The translations under genes and the position numbers were made by a program. Shown here piece by piece: positions 20,786 through 31,038 of a DNA stretch of 64,000 nucleotides. Origin of the DNA: Flavobacteriales bacterium (lineage in GTDB: Bacteria; Bacteroidota; Bacteroidia; Flavobacteriales; BACL11); NCBI GenBank assembly GCA_018645865.1, contig JABGVU010000099.1, forward strand, positions 5,291 through 69,290. The letters run 5' to 3'. Under the pieces are notes generated by a model that was given only the letters and a program-made list of their open reading frames with translations, ran no database searches and was not told the origin of the DNA. Every line of letters begins with the position of its first letter. Within the stretch, counting starts at the first letter, position 1.

Positions 20786-22111
20786 ATGGAAGAGAGCAAT
20801 CAACATATAAATACAGGAGAATATATGGTAGGTCTTGATATTGGTACTACCAAAATATCTGTTATGATTGGCAAGAAAAATCAGTATGGAAAATTAGAGA
20901 TATTAGGAACGGGTAGAGCAGTTTCTAATGGAGTAGCTAGAGGAATTGTAGCTAATATTGATAAAACTGTTGATTCAATAAAAGAGACAATAAAAGAGGC
21001 AAATAAAAAATCAGGAATGGAAATTGATGAAGTTTTTGTTGGTATTGCTGGTCAGCACATAAAAAGCTTACAACATAGAGGAGAATTGGTTAGAGATAAT
21101 ATTGAGATTGAGATTGAAAAAGCTGATATTGATAAGTTGAAATCCAATATGTTTAAGCTAATTACTATTCCAGGAGAGGAAGTAATTCATGTTATTCCTC
21201 AGGAGTACACTGTGGATGGTGAAGATGGGATACAAGACCCTAAAGGTATGGCGGGAGTAAAGTTAGAAGCTAATTTTCATGTAATTACTGCTCAAGTTGG
21301 CGCTGTTCGTAACATTATAAGATGTGTGGAAAAAGCAGGCTTAACGCCTAAAGAATTAGTGCTAGAGCCTTTTGCCTCAGCAGTTGCTACCTTGGATGAA
21401 GATGAATTAAGAGAAGGAGTTGCCTTGGTAGATATAGGTGGTGGAACAACTGATGTAGCTATTTTTTTAGATAATATTATTCGTCATACTGCAGTAATAC
21501 CTTTTGGAGGAAATGTGATTACTAAGGATATTAAAACGGGATTATCTATTTTAGAAAAGCAGGCTGAGTTGTTGAAAGTAAAATTTGGTTCAGCAATGTA
21601 CACAGAGGATCAGGAAAATGTAATGGTGTCTATTCCAGGTTTAAGAGGAAGAGAGCCAAAGGAAATAGCGGTAAAAAACTTGTCAGAAATTATAGGCGCT
21701 CGTTATAAAGAGATTATTGATTTGGTATATCATCAGATTAAAGTTTCTGGTTATGAAAATAAATTGATGACAGGAATAGTAATTACTGGAGGTGGTGCGC
21801 AAATAAGAAACCTAAAGCAGTTAGTTGCTTTTGTTACAGGAAAGGAAACACGTATAGGTTACCCTAACGAACATTTAGGAAGTGAATCAAAGGATACTGT
21901 TGTTAGCCCAATGTATGCTACAGGTGTAGGCTTAGTAATGAAAGGGTTTGAGCATGCTGAATATACTAATGCTCCATCAAAAAGAACAACCAATATCAAC
22001 CCTGATGAAAATACAGAGATAGATGACTCGGTAGAAGATGGAGAGCAAAGTGTTGAGCCGACCTTGATGGATAGGTTTACAGGATGGTTTACTGAAGAAA
22101 ATATAGATTAA
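20786..22111 (+). CDS. ftsA: Cell division protein FtsA
   Basis: It has the actin-fold motifs LDIGTTKI and DIGGGTTD. It occupies the expected dcw position. Confidence 0.9.
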   Translation: MEESNQHINTGEYMVGLDIGTTKISVMIGKKNQYGKLEILGTGRAVSNGVARGIVANIDKTVDSIKETIKEANKKSGMEIDEVFVGIAGQHIKSLQHRGELVRDNIEIEIEKADIDKLKSNMFKLITIPGEEVIHVIPQEYTVDGEDGIQDPKGMAGVKLEANFHVITAQVGAVRNIIRCVEKAGLTPKELVLEPFASAVATLDEDELREGVALVDIGGGTTDVAIFLDNIIRHTAVIPFGGNVITKDIKTGLSILEKQAELLKVKFGSAMYTEDQENVMVSIPGLRGREPKEIAVKNLSEIIGARYKEIIDLVYHQIKVSGYENKLMTGIVITGGGAQIRNLKQLVAFVTGKETRIGYPNEHLGSESKDTVVSPMYATGVGLVMKGFEHAEYTNAPSKRTTNINPDENTEIDDSVEDGEQSVEPTLMDRFTGWFTEENID

Positions 22112-22139
22112 TAAATTAATAAATTCAAAAAAGAAAATT

Positions 22140-23786
22140 ATGAGTGCAATTGACTTAGGAATGGATTTCCAGATGCCAAAAAACCAATCTTCACAAATAA
22201 AAGTGATGGGTATTGGAGGTGGAGGTAGTAATGCTGTAAATTACATGTTCGAACATGGAATTAAGGGAGTAGATTTTGTGATCTGTAACACAGATGAACA
22301 AGCTCTTGAAGCAAGTCCAGTGCCAATTAAAATTCAGTTAGGAGCTAACTTAACAGAAGGTTTAGGAGCAGGTTCTAATCCTGAAATAGGTAAAAAAGCA
22401 GCTGAAGAAAGTGCGGATAGAATTACTGAGCTGTTAGATGCTAATACTAAAATGTTGTTTTTAACTGCTGGCATGGGTGGTGGTACTGGTACGGGAGCTG
22501 CTCCTGTAATCGCTGAAATTGCGCGTGAAAAAGGAATTCTTACTGTAGGAGTGGTTACAAATCCGTTTTCTACAGAAGGAGGTTATCGTAAGCAATATGC
22601 TGAAGATGGCTTAGCCGAATTAAAAAAATATGTAGATACTTTATTAATTATTAATAACGATAAGTTAATTGAGGTATATGGTGACCTTACTTTTACTCAA
22701 GCGTTTGGAAAAGCAAATGAGGTGTTGAATACGGCTACAAAAGGAATTGCTGAAGTAATTTCACAGCATTTATTAGTTAATATTGACTTAAATGATGCTC
22801 GTAAGGTATTAGAAAATAGCGGTACTGCTGTAATGGGGCAAGCTATTGCAGAAGGAGAAAATAGAGCTATTGAGGCTGTAATAGGAGCTTTGGATTCTCC
22901 GCTATTAAATGATAACGATATTACTGGAGCTCAGCAAGTATTGTTAAAAATCGTAACCGGTACTGGGGATGATGAAATAAAAATGTCAGAGCTATTCAAA
23001 ATTAAAAATAAAATACAAGAAGCAGCTGGTAAAGATGTAAATATTATTGAAGGAATTGGTATTGATACTGAATTAGGCGCTGCTGTAAGTGTAACGGTTG
23101 TGGCTACAGGTTTTCAGGAGAAAAGAAAACCTAAAGGAACAACTATTGTTGGATTGAATGAAGAGCAAGAAGAAGATGTTAAAATTAATGAGAAGATTGA
23201 ATCTTCTTTGAGCATTGAGCCAGTTTTAGATTTATTGTCAAATGACAGTTCTCAGCATATTTTGGATTTGGAAGATAAAGAGTATATTGCTCCAATTGAT
23301 GAGTTAATGACTTTTGGAACGACTGAGGCCGTTGAGGAAATTCCTCAAATTGAGGAAAAAAAGATAGTTTTTGAGTTGAATACTGATACAAAAGAAGAAA
23401 CTCCTGAGCAAGTAATTAGCTCTATTCTACAGGAAGAATTAGAAGTAGAGATGAAAACTGTTGTCTTAGAAATGGATGATGAGGTAGAAGTTGAGGAGGA
23501 TACATTAAGAACTTTGGAAAACATTCCTAAAGTTAGTTCAGATAATATGAAAGTGGAGGCCAGGGAGCGTGAAAGTAGGTTGCGGGCTATTTCTCAGCAG
23601 TTACGCACACCCTCAGGCTTAACAAACTTAGAAGATATTCCTGCTTATAAGCGTAATGAAATTGAGTTAGATACAACTTCTCATTCAGCTGAAAATGAAA
23701 TGTCAACCTATACTTTAAGTGATGGAAAAAATAATTCTACAGAATTAAAGCAAAATAATTCTTTTTTGCACGATAATGTAGATTAA
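22140..23786 (+). CDS. ftsZ: Cell division protein FtsZ
   Basis: It carries the tubulin signature GGGTGTGAAP, followed by a long acidic linker. The C-terminal peptide is ...IPAYKRNEIELD...NNSFLHDNVD. Confidence 0.95.
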   Translation: MSAIDLGMDFQMPKNQSSQIKVMGIGGGGSNAVNYMFEHGIKGVDFVICNTDEQALEASPVPIKIQLGANLTEGLGAGSNPEIGKKAAEESADRITELLDANTKMLFLTAGMGGGTGTGAAPVIAEIAREKGILTVGVVTNPFSTEGGYRKQYAEDGLAELKKYVDTLLIINNDKLIEVYGDLTFTQAFGKANEVLNTATKGIAEVISQHLLVNIDLNDARKVLENSGTAVMGQAIAEGENRAIEAVIGALDSPLLNDNDITGAQQVLLKIVTGTGDDEIKMSELFKIKNKIQEAAGKDVNIIEGIGIDTELGAAVSVTVVATGFQEKRKPKGTTIVGLNEEQEEDVKINEKIESSLSIEPVLDLLSNDSSQHILDLEDKEYIAPIDELMTFGTTEAVEEIPQIEEKKIVFELNTDTKEETPEQVISSILQEELEVEMKTVVLEMDDEVEVEEDTLRTLENIPKVSSDNMKVEARERESRLRAISQQLRTPSGLTNLEDIPAYKRNEIELDTTSHSAENEMSTYTLSDGKNNSTELKQNNSFLHDNVD

Positions 23787-23818
23787 TAATATGTAATTAA
23801 ACTGTTAGTTTTTATTGA

Positions 23819-23848
23819 AAAGCTCTGCTGTATTGATAGAGCTTTTTA
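23819..23848 (+). terminator. Rho-independent terminator after ftsZ (end of the dcw operon)
   Basis: The stem aaagctct / agagcttt is 8 bp with an 11-nt loop and runs into tttttaattt. Confidence 0.55.
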
Positions 23849-23958
23849 ATTTATTATGCATAGCATAACACTTTATTTGAGGATATTTATTTTTGCGTCA
23901 TAATTAACTAGTTTTCTGTAATTGATGAATACTTCTTTGATTATGTAACATTAAATAT

Positions 23959-24219
23959 ATGAGAATAATTTTTATAATTTTAATTTTTCCTTTAGCTCTT
24001 TGTGGTCAGGATAATAATGTAGGTAATCCTTGTGATGCCGCTATAAATGTGGTGTTAGAACTTACTGCAAATTATTTGCAGCATAAAAATTATGTTGAAC
24101 TTAATTTTAAATTAGAAATTACTACTAAAAATGATGGCATTGATTGGAATGATGCTCAACGTATAAAATGGCAAATAATTGAACCAGAAGATTCACTAAA
24201 AATAATTACAAATGATTAA
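23959..24219 (+). CDS. Hypothetical small lipoprotein
   Basis: It has a signal peptide with a lipobox-like LALCGQ and is 86 aa. I did not recognise a family. Confidence 0.5.
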   Translation: MRIIFIILIFPLALCGQDNNVGNPCDAAINVVLELTANYLQHKNYVELNFKLEITTKNDGIDWNDAQRIKWQIIEPEDSLKIITND

Positions 24220-24550
24220 GAAAATACTTTTTCTTTTAATTACGCTAACTACATTTGCTAATGTGAGTTATGCTTCTTTTCCTGTGAAGGAAGCAGAAGA
24301 AACAGAGATTATTAAAGTAACTACTTCAAACAATATTGAAGTTCCTAGGAATAATGGATCATGGATATATGGTATGTTAAGTATTTTGTTTCTCCTATTG
24401 GCATTGATTTTAGCTTTCATAATTATTGTTGGGATGCTAACAATGAGTCCTTTACTTAGTGGTCCTGCAATGGTAAACTATATTTCTATAGGCATATTAT
24501 CATTTATAGCTGCAATTGTGTTGGGAATAATTGCTATTGTTAAAAAATAA
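24212..24550 (+). CDS. Hypothetical membrane protein (signal peptide plus two C-terminal TM helices)
   Basis: It overlaps the previous ORF through ATGATTAA. The signal peptide ends in ...SYASF, and two long hydrophobic helices follow. Confidence 0.5.
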   Translation: MIKKILFLLITLTTFANVSYASFPVKEAEETEIIKVTTSNNIEVPRNNGSWIYGMLSILFLLLALILAFIIIVGMLTMSPLLSGPAMVNYISIGILSFIAAIVLGIIAIVKK

Positions 24551-24564
24551 ATCTAAATAATTTT

Positions 24565-24630
24565 ATGAGTAAAAAACTACTTTTCCTGTTTATTGCACTG
24601 TTTAGCTTAGGGTCAGGTATTGGCGGGTAA
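24565..24630 (+). CDS. Possible 21-codon hydrophobic micro-ORF (MSKKLLFLFIALFSLGSGIGG) or relic signal peptide
   Basis: The ATG at 24565 and TAA at 24628 were read directly from the sequence. The ORF sits between the previous ORF and the terminator. I have no other support for it. Confidence 0.2.
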   Translation: MSKKLLFLFIALFSLGSGIGG

Positions 24631-24641
24631 TAACAAAAAAA

Positions 24642-24670
24642 TCCCTACCAAACTGGCAGGGATTTCTTTT
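24642..24670. terminator. Bidirectional rho-independent terminator between the small-ORF cluster and groEL
   Basis: The stem tccctacc / ggcaggga has one mismatch and a loop of aaact. It is flanked by an A-run upstream and tttctttt downstream, so it would work on both strands. Confidence 0.65.
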
Positions 24671-24689
24671 AATATCTATTGCATTTCGA

Positions 24690-26327
<1,638 letters not shown>

Positions 26328-26609
26328 TTATTTTATGATTGCTAAAATGTCCGATTCTCTCATGATGAGATAATCCTCTCCTTCATGTTTTAATTCTGTT
26401 CCTGCATATTTTCCGTACAATACAGTGTCGCCAGCTTTCACAGTAATAGGATTATCTTTAGTTCCTTTACCACATGAAATTACACTTCCTTTTTGTGGTT
26501 TTTCTTGCGCAGTGTCTGGTATTATAATTCCTGACTCAGTAGTGGTTTCAGCTGCTGCTTGTTTCACAATTACCCTGTCAGCAAGAGGGATGATATTTAT
26601 CTTTGGCAT
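26328..26609 (-). CDS. groS: Co-chaperonin GroES
   Basis: The 93-aa protein has PLADRVIVK and a mobile-loop region. It lies directly upstream of groEL. Confidence 0.95.
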   Translation of the reverse strand: MPKINIIPLADRVIVKQAAAETTTESGIIIPDTAQEKPQKGSVISCGKGTKDNPITVKAGDTVLYGKYAGTELKHEGEDYLIMRESDILAIIK

Positions 26610-26784
26610 ATTTATTATTTTGTTAGTTGTTTTTAGTATTGCTAAAGCATACCTTAGTATATTTTTTACAAAAATAAATAAAATTATTTCAAATTAGATA
26701 TAATCTATTTAGTTTAATTTTAAAAATTTGAGTTAGAGATTTAGTAATTGAGGATAATATTCAATCAAAAAAATTACAGATAAC

Positions 26785-27108
26785 TTACTCTCCTTGTGTA
26801 GGATTAGATGGCAAGTTTTGAATTACAGCGTTATCAATTTGTTCTTGTGCTTTTATCTCAACATTATTCTCAGTATTTTCTCTTGGGATAGCAAAGTTAG
26901 ATAATAAGCTTAAGGAAATTAATGCAATAGCTAAAGTCCAAGTTGCTTTTTCTAAAAAGTCAGTTGTTTTTTTAGCGCCCATAATTTGATTTCCGCCACC
27001 TCCACCAAATGATGATGATAATCCACCGCCTTTAGGGTTTTGAACTAAGACAACTAATACTAATAGGATAGATGTTATAATAATAAGGATTGCAAAAATC
27101 GTATACAT
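26785..27108 (-). CDS. secG: Preprotein translocase subunit SecG
   Basis: It has two TM helices and a Gly-rich loop (VLVQNPKGGGLSSSFGGGGG). Confidence 0.85.
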   Translation of the reverse strand: MYTIFAILIIITSILLVLVVLVQNPKGGGLSSSFGGGGGNQIMGAKKTTDFLEKATWTLAIALISLSLLSNFAIPRENTENNVEIKAQEQIDNAVIQNLPSNPTQGE

Positions 27109-27109
27109 T

Positions 27110-27769
27110 TTATTTTTCTTTTAATTTATTAATCAATTTAATTTGGTTTGCAAATAAACTATTTTTTTCTGGATATTTCAAACATAATTTTGTGTAAGCT
27201 GAAATGGCCTTTTCATAATAGCCTTGTTCCAAGTAAACCTTAGCTAAAGTTGGAGTAACTAAGCTCTCATTCTCAATTAAACTTTCCTTAGCTAGATCCA
27301 TAGGTTTAAAGAAAGTAGTCTTTTTAGGTTTGTTAATGCTTATTTCTTTATCAATAAAATTATCAATTATTTGTTTTTTGTTGGGTTTAGGTGTCCTGTC
27401 AATTTTCTTGACTTTTGATAAAGCTAACCATTCTGAAAATGAATATTCTTCTTCTTTATCAAAAGCTAAAGGCTGTCCTATTGTTAAAGTATCTTCTATT
27501 TTGTTACTTATATTTACAATGATTGGTTGCTCAATTTTGTTTAAGATAATAAGTTTAAAAAGTTGTTTTCTATCTAAAGCATAAGCAGCAGCTTGTTTTA
27601 ATTGTCGATTATAGCGAGTACTATCCGTATTTAAAAGTCCTTTGGTTATTAGTAATTGGGCAGTTTGATAGTAGGGAAATTCTTGTAATAAGCCATCTAG
27701 TATAGTGATATCCTCACTAGAAATTTGCTGTGGATTTTGAATATGTTGTACTAAATTATCCATTACCAA
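27110..27769 (-). CDS. Hypothetical protein with a single C-terminal TPR-like motif
   Basis: The C-terminus reads LAKVYLEQGYYEKAISAYTKLCLKYPEKN. The gene sits in the secG/lptE-like operon. Confidence 0.5.
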   Translation of the reverse strand: MVMDNLVQHIQNPQQISSEDITILDGLLQEFPYYQTAQLLITKGLLNTDSTRYNRQLKQAAAYALDRKQLFKLIILNKIEQPIIVNISNKIEDTLTIGQPLAFDKEEEYSFSEWLALSKVKKIDRTPKPNKKQIIDNFIDKEISINKPKKTTFFKPMDLAKESLIENESLVTPTLAKVYLEQGYYEKAISAYTKLCLKYPEKNSLFANQIKLINKLKEK

Positions 27770-28257
27770 TTTACAAATGCTTTATTGAAAACGTCCTCTG
27801 CTAACTCATTCGTTATTTCTTCAATTAAAGTCTTTTCAATATCTGAAATATTTTGAGCACTATCATAATCACGATAGCGACTAAAGGTGTGTTCAAAGTT
27901 ATTTTCAGCATCTAAACTATTGTTATAAGTTACTTTTACAGCAATAGTCAATCGGTTTTGACCAGCTGTTTCATTAGCCTTAATTGCCATTGGCTTTATT
28001 TGATATTTGCTTATGTAACCGCTAAAACTTAAGTCACCTTCATTTTTACTCAAGCTTAAATTAGTTTGCTTTAGGAACATATCCTTTAGCAGTTCTGTAA
28101 AAACTTGACTTAAAGAAGGGTGTACAGTAGCTGCATTGTTGTTAAAGTAGTCTACCGATATTGTTTTGGCTTCTGTAGAAATTGATGCACCCGTAAAAGA
28201 ATAAACTCCACATGAAGTAAGAGAAATATTGAGTAGAATTGTTAAAATTAGTTTCAT
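27763..28257 (-). CDS. LptE-like LPS-assembly lipoprotein
   Basis: It has the lipobox LTSCG and is 164 aa. It sits in an operon context with the sigma-54 activator, which is typical of Bacteroidota. Confidence 0.55.
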   Translation of the reverse strand: MKLILTILLNISLTSCGVYSFTGASISTEAKTISVDYFNNNAATVHPSLSQVFTELLKDMFLKQTNLSLSKNEGDLSFSGYISKYQIKPMAIKANETAGQNRLTIAVKVTYNNSLDAENNFEHTFSRYRDYDSAQNISDIEKTLIEEITNELAEDVFNKAFVNW

Positions 28258-29429
28258 TATAAACCGAATTCTTTTAGTTTTCTATATAAAGTTCTTTCTG
28301 ATATTCCAAGTTCAGCTGCAGCATCTTTTCGTTTTCCTTTGTGTTTTAATAAGGACTTTTCAATCAGTCTTTTCTCTTGTTCAAATAAGGATAAAGATTC
28401 TTCAACTTCAATCAACCCAGTTCTATCATTTTGATTTATTACTATGCTAGTTTCATCTGTTTCTTTAAACAGGGTAGGGTTTGCCATTTGCATTATTTCA
28501 GTGTTTCCTTGTTTCTGTATCAAGTCAAAAGTAATCTTTTTTAATTCCGTTAAGTCTCTTCTCATATCAAAAAGCACTTTGTACAGGATTTCTCTTTCTG
28601 ATAAATCGGCTTTATTTTTGTCCTCAAACTTAACTAAACCATTAGTTGAAATATTAGGTAATTGCTCTTGTAATTTATCAGATGTTATCGTTCTTTCTTT
28701 TTCAATAACTGAAAGTTGAGCCACAAAATTGCGCAATTGCCTAATGTTTCCTGGCCAGTTATAATCTTTGAGTATCTCTACAGCATCATCAGTAATTCGT
28801 ATTGGTGGTGTGTTGTATTGGTCAGCAAAATCAGCTGCAAATTTCCGAAATAATAAATAAATATCATCACCTCTTTTTCGTAGTGGTGGCAATTGTATGC
28901 TCACGGTGTTTAATCGGTAATATAAATCCTCTCTGAATTTTCCTTGCTTAACGGCTTCCAATATATTTACATTTGTTGCAGCAATAATTCTAACATCAGT
29001 TTGTTGAGCTTTGGAAGATCCTACTTTAATAATTTCTCCATTCTCCAACACTCGTAATAATCTTGCTTGTGATGCCATTGGTAGCTCTCCCACCTCATCT
29101 AAAAATATAGTCCCTCCGTTTGCAGCTTCAAAATATCCTTTACGACTATCGTGTGCTCCTGTAAACGAGCCTTTTTCGTGTCCAAATAATTCGCTATCAA
29201 TTGTTCCTTCAGGTATAGCGCCACAATTTACAGCAATATAAGGTGCATGCTTTCTTTTACTATTCTGATGAATAATTTTTGGAATATTTTCTTTACCAGT
29301 ACCACTTTCTCCTACCACCAAAACTGAAATGTCAGTAGGAGCAACTTGCAAGGCTACATCAATTGCTCTTGTAAGTTTTGAACTATTTCCAATAATCCCA
29401 AATCTTTGTTTAGCTTGCTGATTATTCAT
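28257..29429 (-). CDS. Sigma-54-dependent transcriptional activator (bEBP) lacking an N-terminal sensory/receiver domain
   Basis: The AAA+ core starts at about residue 10 and has Walker A GESGTGKE, the sigma-54 contact loop GSFTGA, and Walker [11 protein letters not shown]-terminal Fis-type HTH ([18 protein letters not shown]) is present. Confidence 0.85.
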   Translation of the reverse strand: MNNQQAKQRFGIIGNSSKLTRAIDVALQVAPTDISVLVVGESGTGKENIPKIIHQNSKRKHAPYIAVNCGAIPEGTIDSELFGHEKGSFTGAHDSRKGYFEAANGGTIFLDEVGELPMASQARLLRVLENGEIIKVGSSKAQQTDVRIIAATNVNILEAVKQGKFREDLYYRLNTVSIQLPPLRKRGDDIYLLFRKFAADFADQYNTPPIRITDDAVEILKDYNWPGNIRQLRNFVAQLSVIEKERTITSDKLQEQLPNISTNGLVKFEDKNKADLSEREILYKVLFDMRRDLTELKKITFDLIQKQGNTEIMQMANPTLFKETDETSIVINQNDRTGLIEVEESLSLFEQEKRLIEKSLLKHKGKRKDAAAELGISERTLYRKLKEFGL

Positions 29430-29431
29430 AT

Positions 29432-30877
29432 TTAAATAACTTTACCTTTTAGTGTTGCTGATGTACAATCATCGATTTTCACCATTACATACTCACCTAG
29501 TTTATGATTCCCTTTTTCAAATATCACGGCTGAATTATGAGTTGTTCTTCCGTAAAAGTGTTGATCTGATTTTTTTGAATCTCCCTCGATCAAAACCTCA
29601 AAAGTTTTTCCTAATTTTTCTTGCATGTGTAGAAGAGAATGATCTTGTTGTTTTTTAATGATCTCAGATAGCCTTCTTTGTTTTACATCTTCTTTCACAT
29701 CATCCTCCATTCTTGCGGCAGGTGTGTTTGGTCTTACTGAATATTTAAACATGTATCCAAAATCATAAGTTACATAGTCCATTAAGGAAAGTGTTTTCTT
29801 ATGATCTTCTTCAGTTTCTGAGCAAAAGCCAATTATCATATCCATTGAGATAGCACAATTAGGAATTCGTTCTTTGATGTCATCAACTAATTTAAAGTAT
29901 TCTTCTCTATCATAACCTCTGTTCATGAGTTTTAAGATGCGTGAGCTTCCAGATTGAACAGGTAGATGTATGTGATCACAAATATTTATGTATTTTGACA
30001 TAGTATCAATCACTTCTACCCGCATATCTTGCGGATTAGAAGTTGAAAAACGAACTCTTAATTTTGGATTAACTTGTGCTACTTTATCCAAAAGATTAGC
30101 AAAGTTTAAGCTATTTTCTTTTGCATCAGCACTTACTTTCTTAAAATCTTTTTTTGCCCCTCCTCCGTACCATAAATAGGAGTCTACATTTTGTCCTAAA
30201 AGTGTAATTTCTCTATATCCATCATTGAATAAATCTTGGCATTCTTTTAAGATACTTTCAGGGTTTCTACTTCTTTCTCTTCCTCTGGTGTAAGGAACTA
30301 CACAAAAGGTGCACATGTTATCGCATCCTCTTGTTATAGATACAAATGCAGTTACGCCGTTCCCTCCTAATCGAACAGGGTTAATATCAGCATAAGTTTC
30401 TTCTAAGGATAAAAATACATTTACGGCTTTTCTTCCATCTTCTACTTGTGCAATTAAGTTGGGTAAATCTCTATATGAATCAGGTCCGACAACAATGTCT
30501 ACTAATTTTTCTTCTTCTAGAAATTTTTCTTTTAAGCGTTCAGCCATACAGCCTAAAACACCAACTAACATGCTTGGGTTTTTATCTCTTTTTATTGAGT
30601 TATAAAATTCTAATCGTTTACGAACAGTAAGCTCTGCTTTTTCTCTTATTGAGCAAGTATTTACAAATACTAAATCAGCTTCAGTAATATTCTTTGTTGT
30701 AGAAAAACCTTCCTTATCAAGAATAGAAGCAACAATTTCGCTATCTGAAAAATTCATTTGACAGCCGTAACTTTCAATATACATCTTGCGGCTTGCCTTT
30801 TTATTTTCAGATAATTGCAAAATCTCTCCTTGCTTACTCTCATCAATATTTTTTTGTAACAATTTTTCTATGCTCAT
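29432..30877 (-). CDS. miaB: tRNA-2-methylthio-N6-dimethylallyladenosine synthase MiaB
   Basis: It has the N-terminal cluster motif ([10 protein letters not shown]), the radical-SAM motif [11 protein letters not shown] and a C-terminal TRAM region. The ATG at 30877 is preferred over the TTG at 30898. Confidence 0.9.
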   Translation of the reverse strand: MSIEKLLQKNIDESKQGEILQLSENKKASRKMYIESYGCQMNFSDSEIVASILDKEGFSTTKNITEADLVFVNTCSIREKAELTVRKRLEFYNSIKRDKNPSMLVGVLGCMAERLKEKFLEEEKLVDIVVGPDSYRDLPNLIAQVEDGRKAVNVFLSLEETYADINPVRLGGNGVTAFVSITRGCDNMCTFCVVPYTRGRERSRNPESILKECQDLFNDGYREITLLGQNVDSYLWYGGGAKKDFKKVSADAKENSLNFANLLDKVAQVNPKLRVRFSTSNPQDMRVEVIDTMSKYINICDHIHLPVQSGSSRILKLMNRGYDREEYFKLVDDIKERIPNCAISMDMIIGFCSETEEDHKKTLSLMDYVTYDFGYMFKYSVRPNTPAARMEDDVKEDVKQRRLSEIIKKQQDHSLLHMQEKLGKTFEVLIEGDSKKSDQHFYGRTTHNSAVIFEKGNHKLGEYVMVKIDDCTSATLKGKVI

Positions 30878-31038
30878 TTTTGTGTCTTTGAAATGCAAAA
30901 ATAGTAAAAACTGACAATCTGGCAGTAATTTATTTTACTTATATTATATATAATATAATAGAAACTGCCAAGTTTTTTCGATTTGTTTTATTCAAAAAAA
31001 GTTCCTTTAATTTGCAGCACATTTCTAAAATATAAAAA

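Noticed and set aside
8681-23786. The dcw cluster lacks murF and ddl, and FtsZ has a long acidic linker with about 45 residues after the conserved IPAYKR peptide.
   Set aside because: Both are normal for Bacteroidota dcw clusters and FtsZ proteins as far as I know, so they are not anomalies of this window.
26610-26784. I searched the groES upstream region for a CIRCE element (TTAGCACTC-N9-GAGTGCTAA) and for a sigma-54 promoter.
   Set aside because: No CIRCE-like inverted repeat is present. The only GG...GC candidate on the coding strand (aaGGtatgctttaGCaat) has the GC one nucleotide too close and lacks the TGGCAC/TTGC context.
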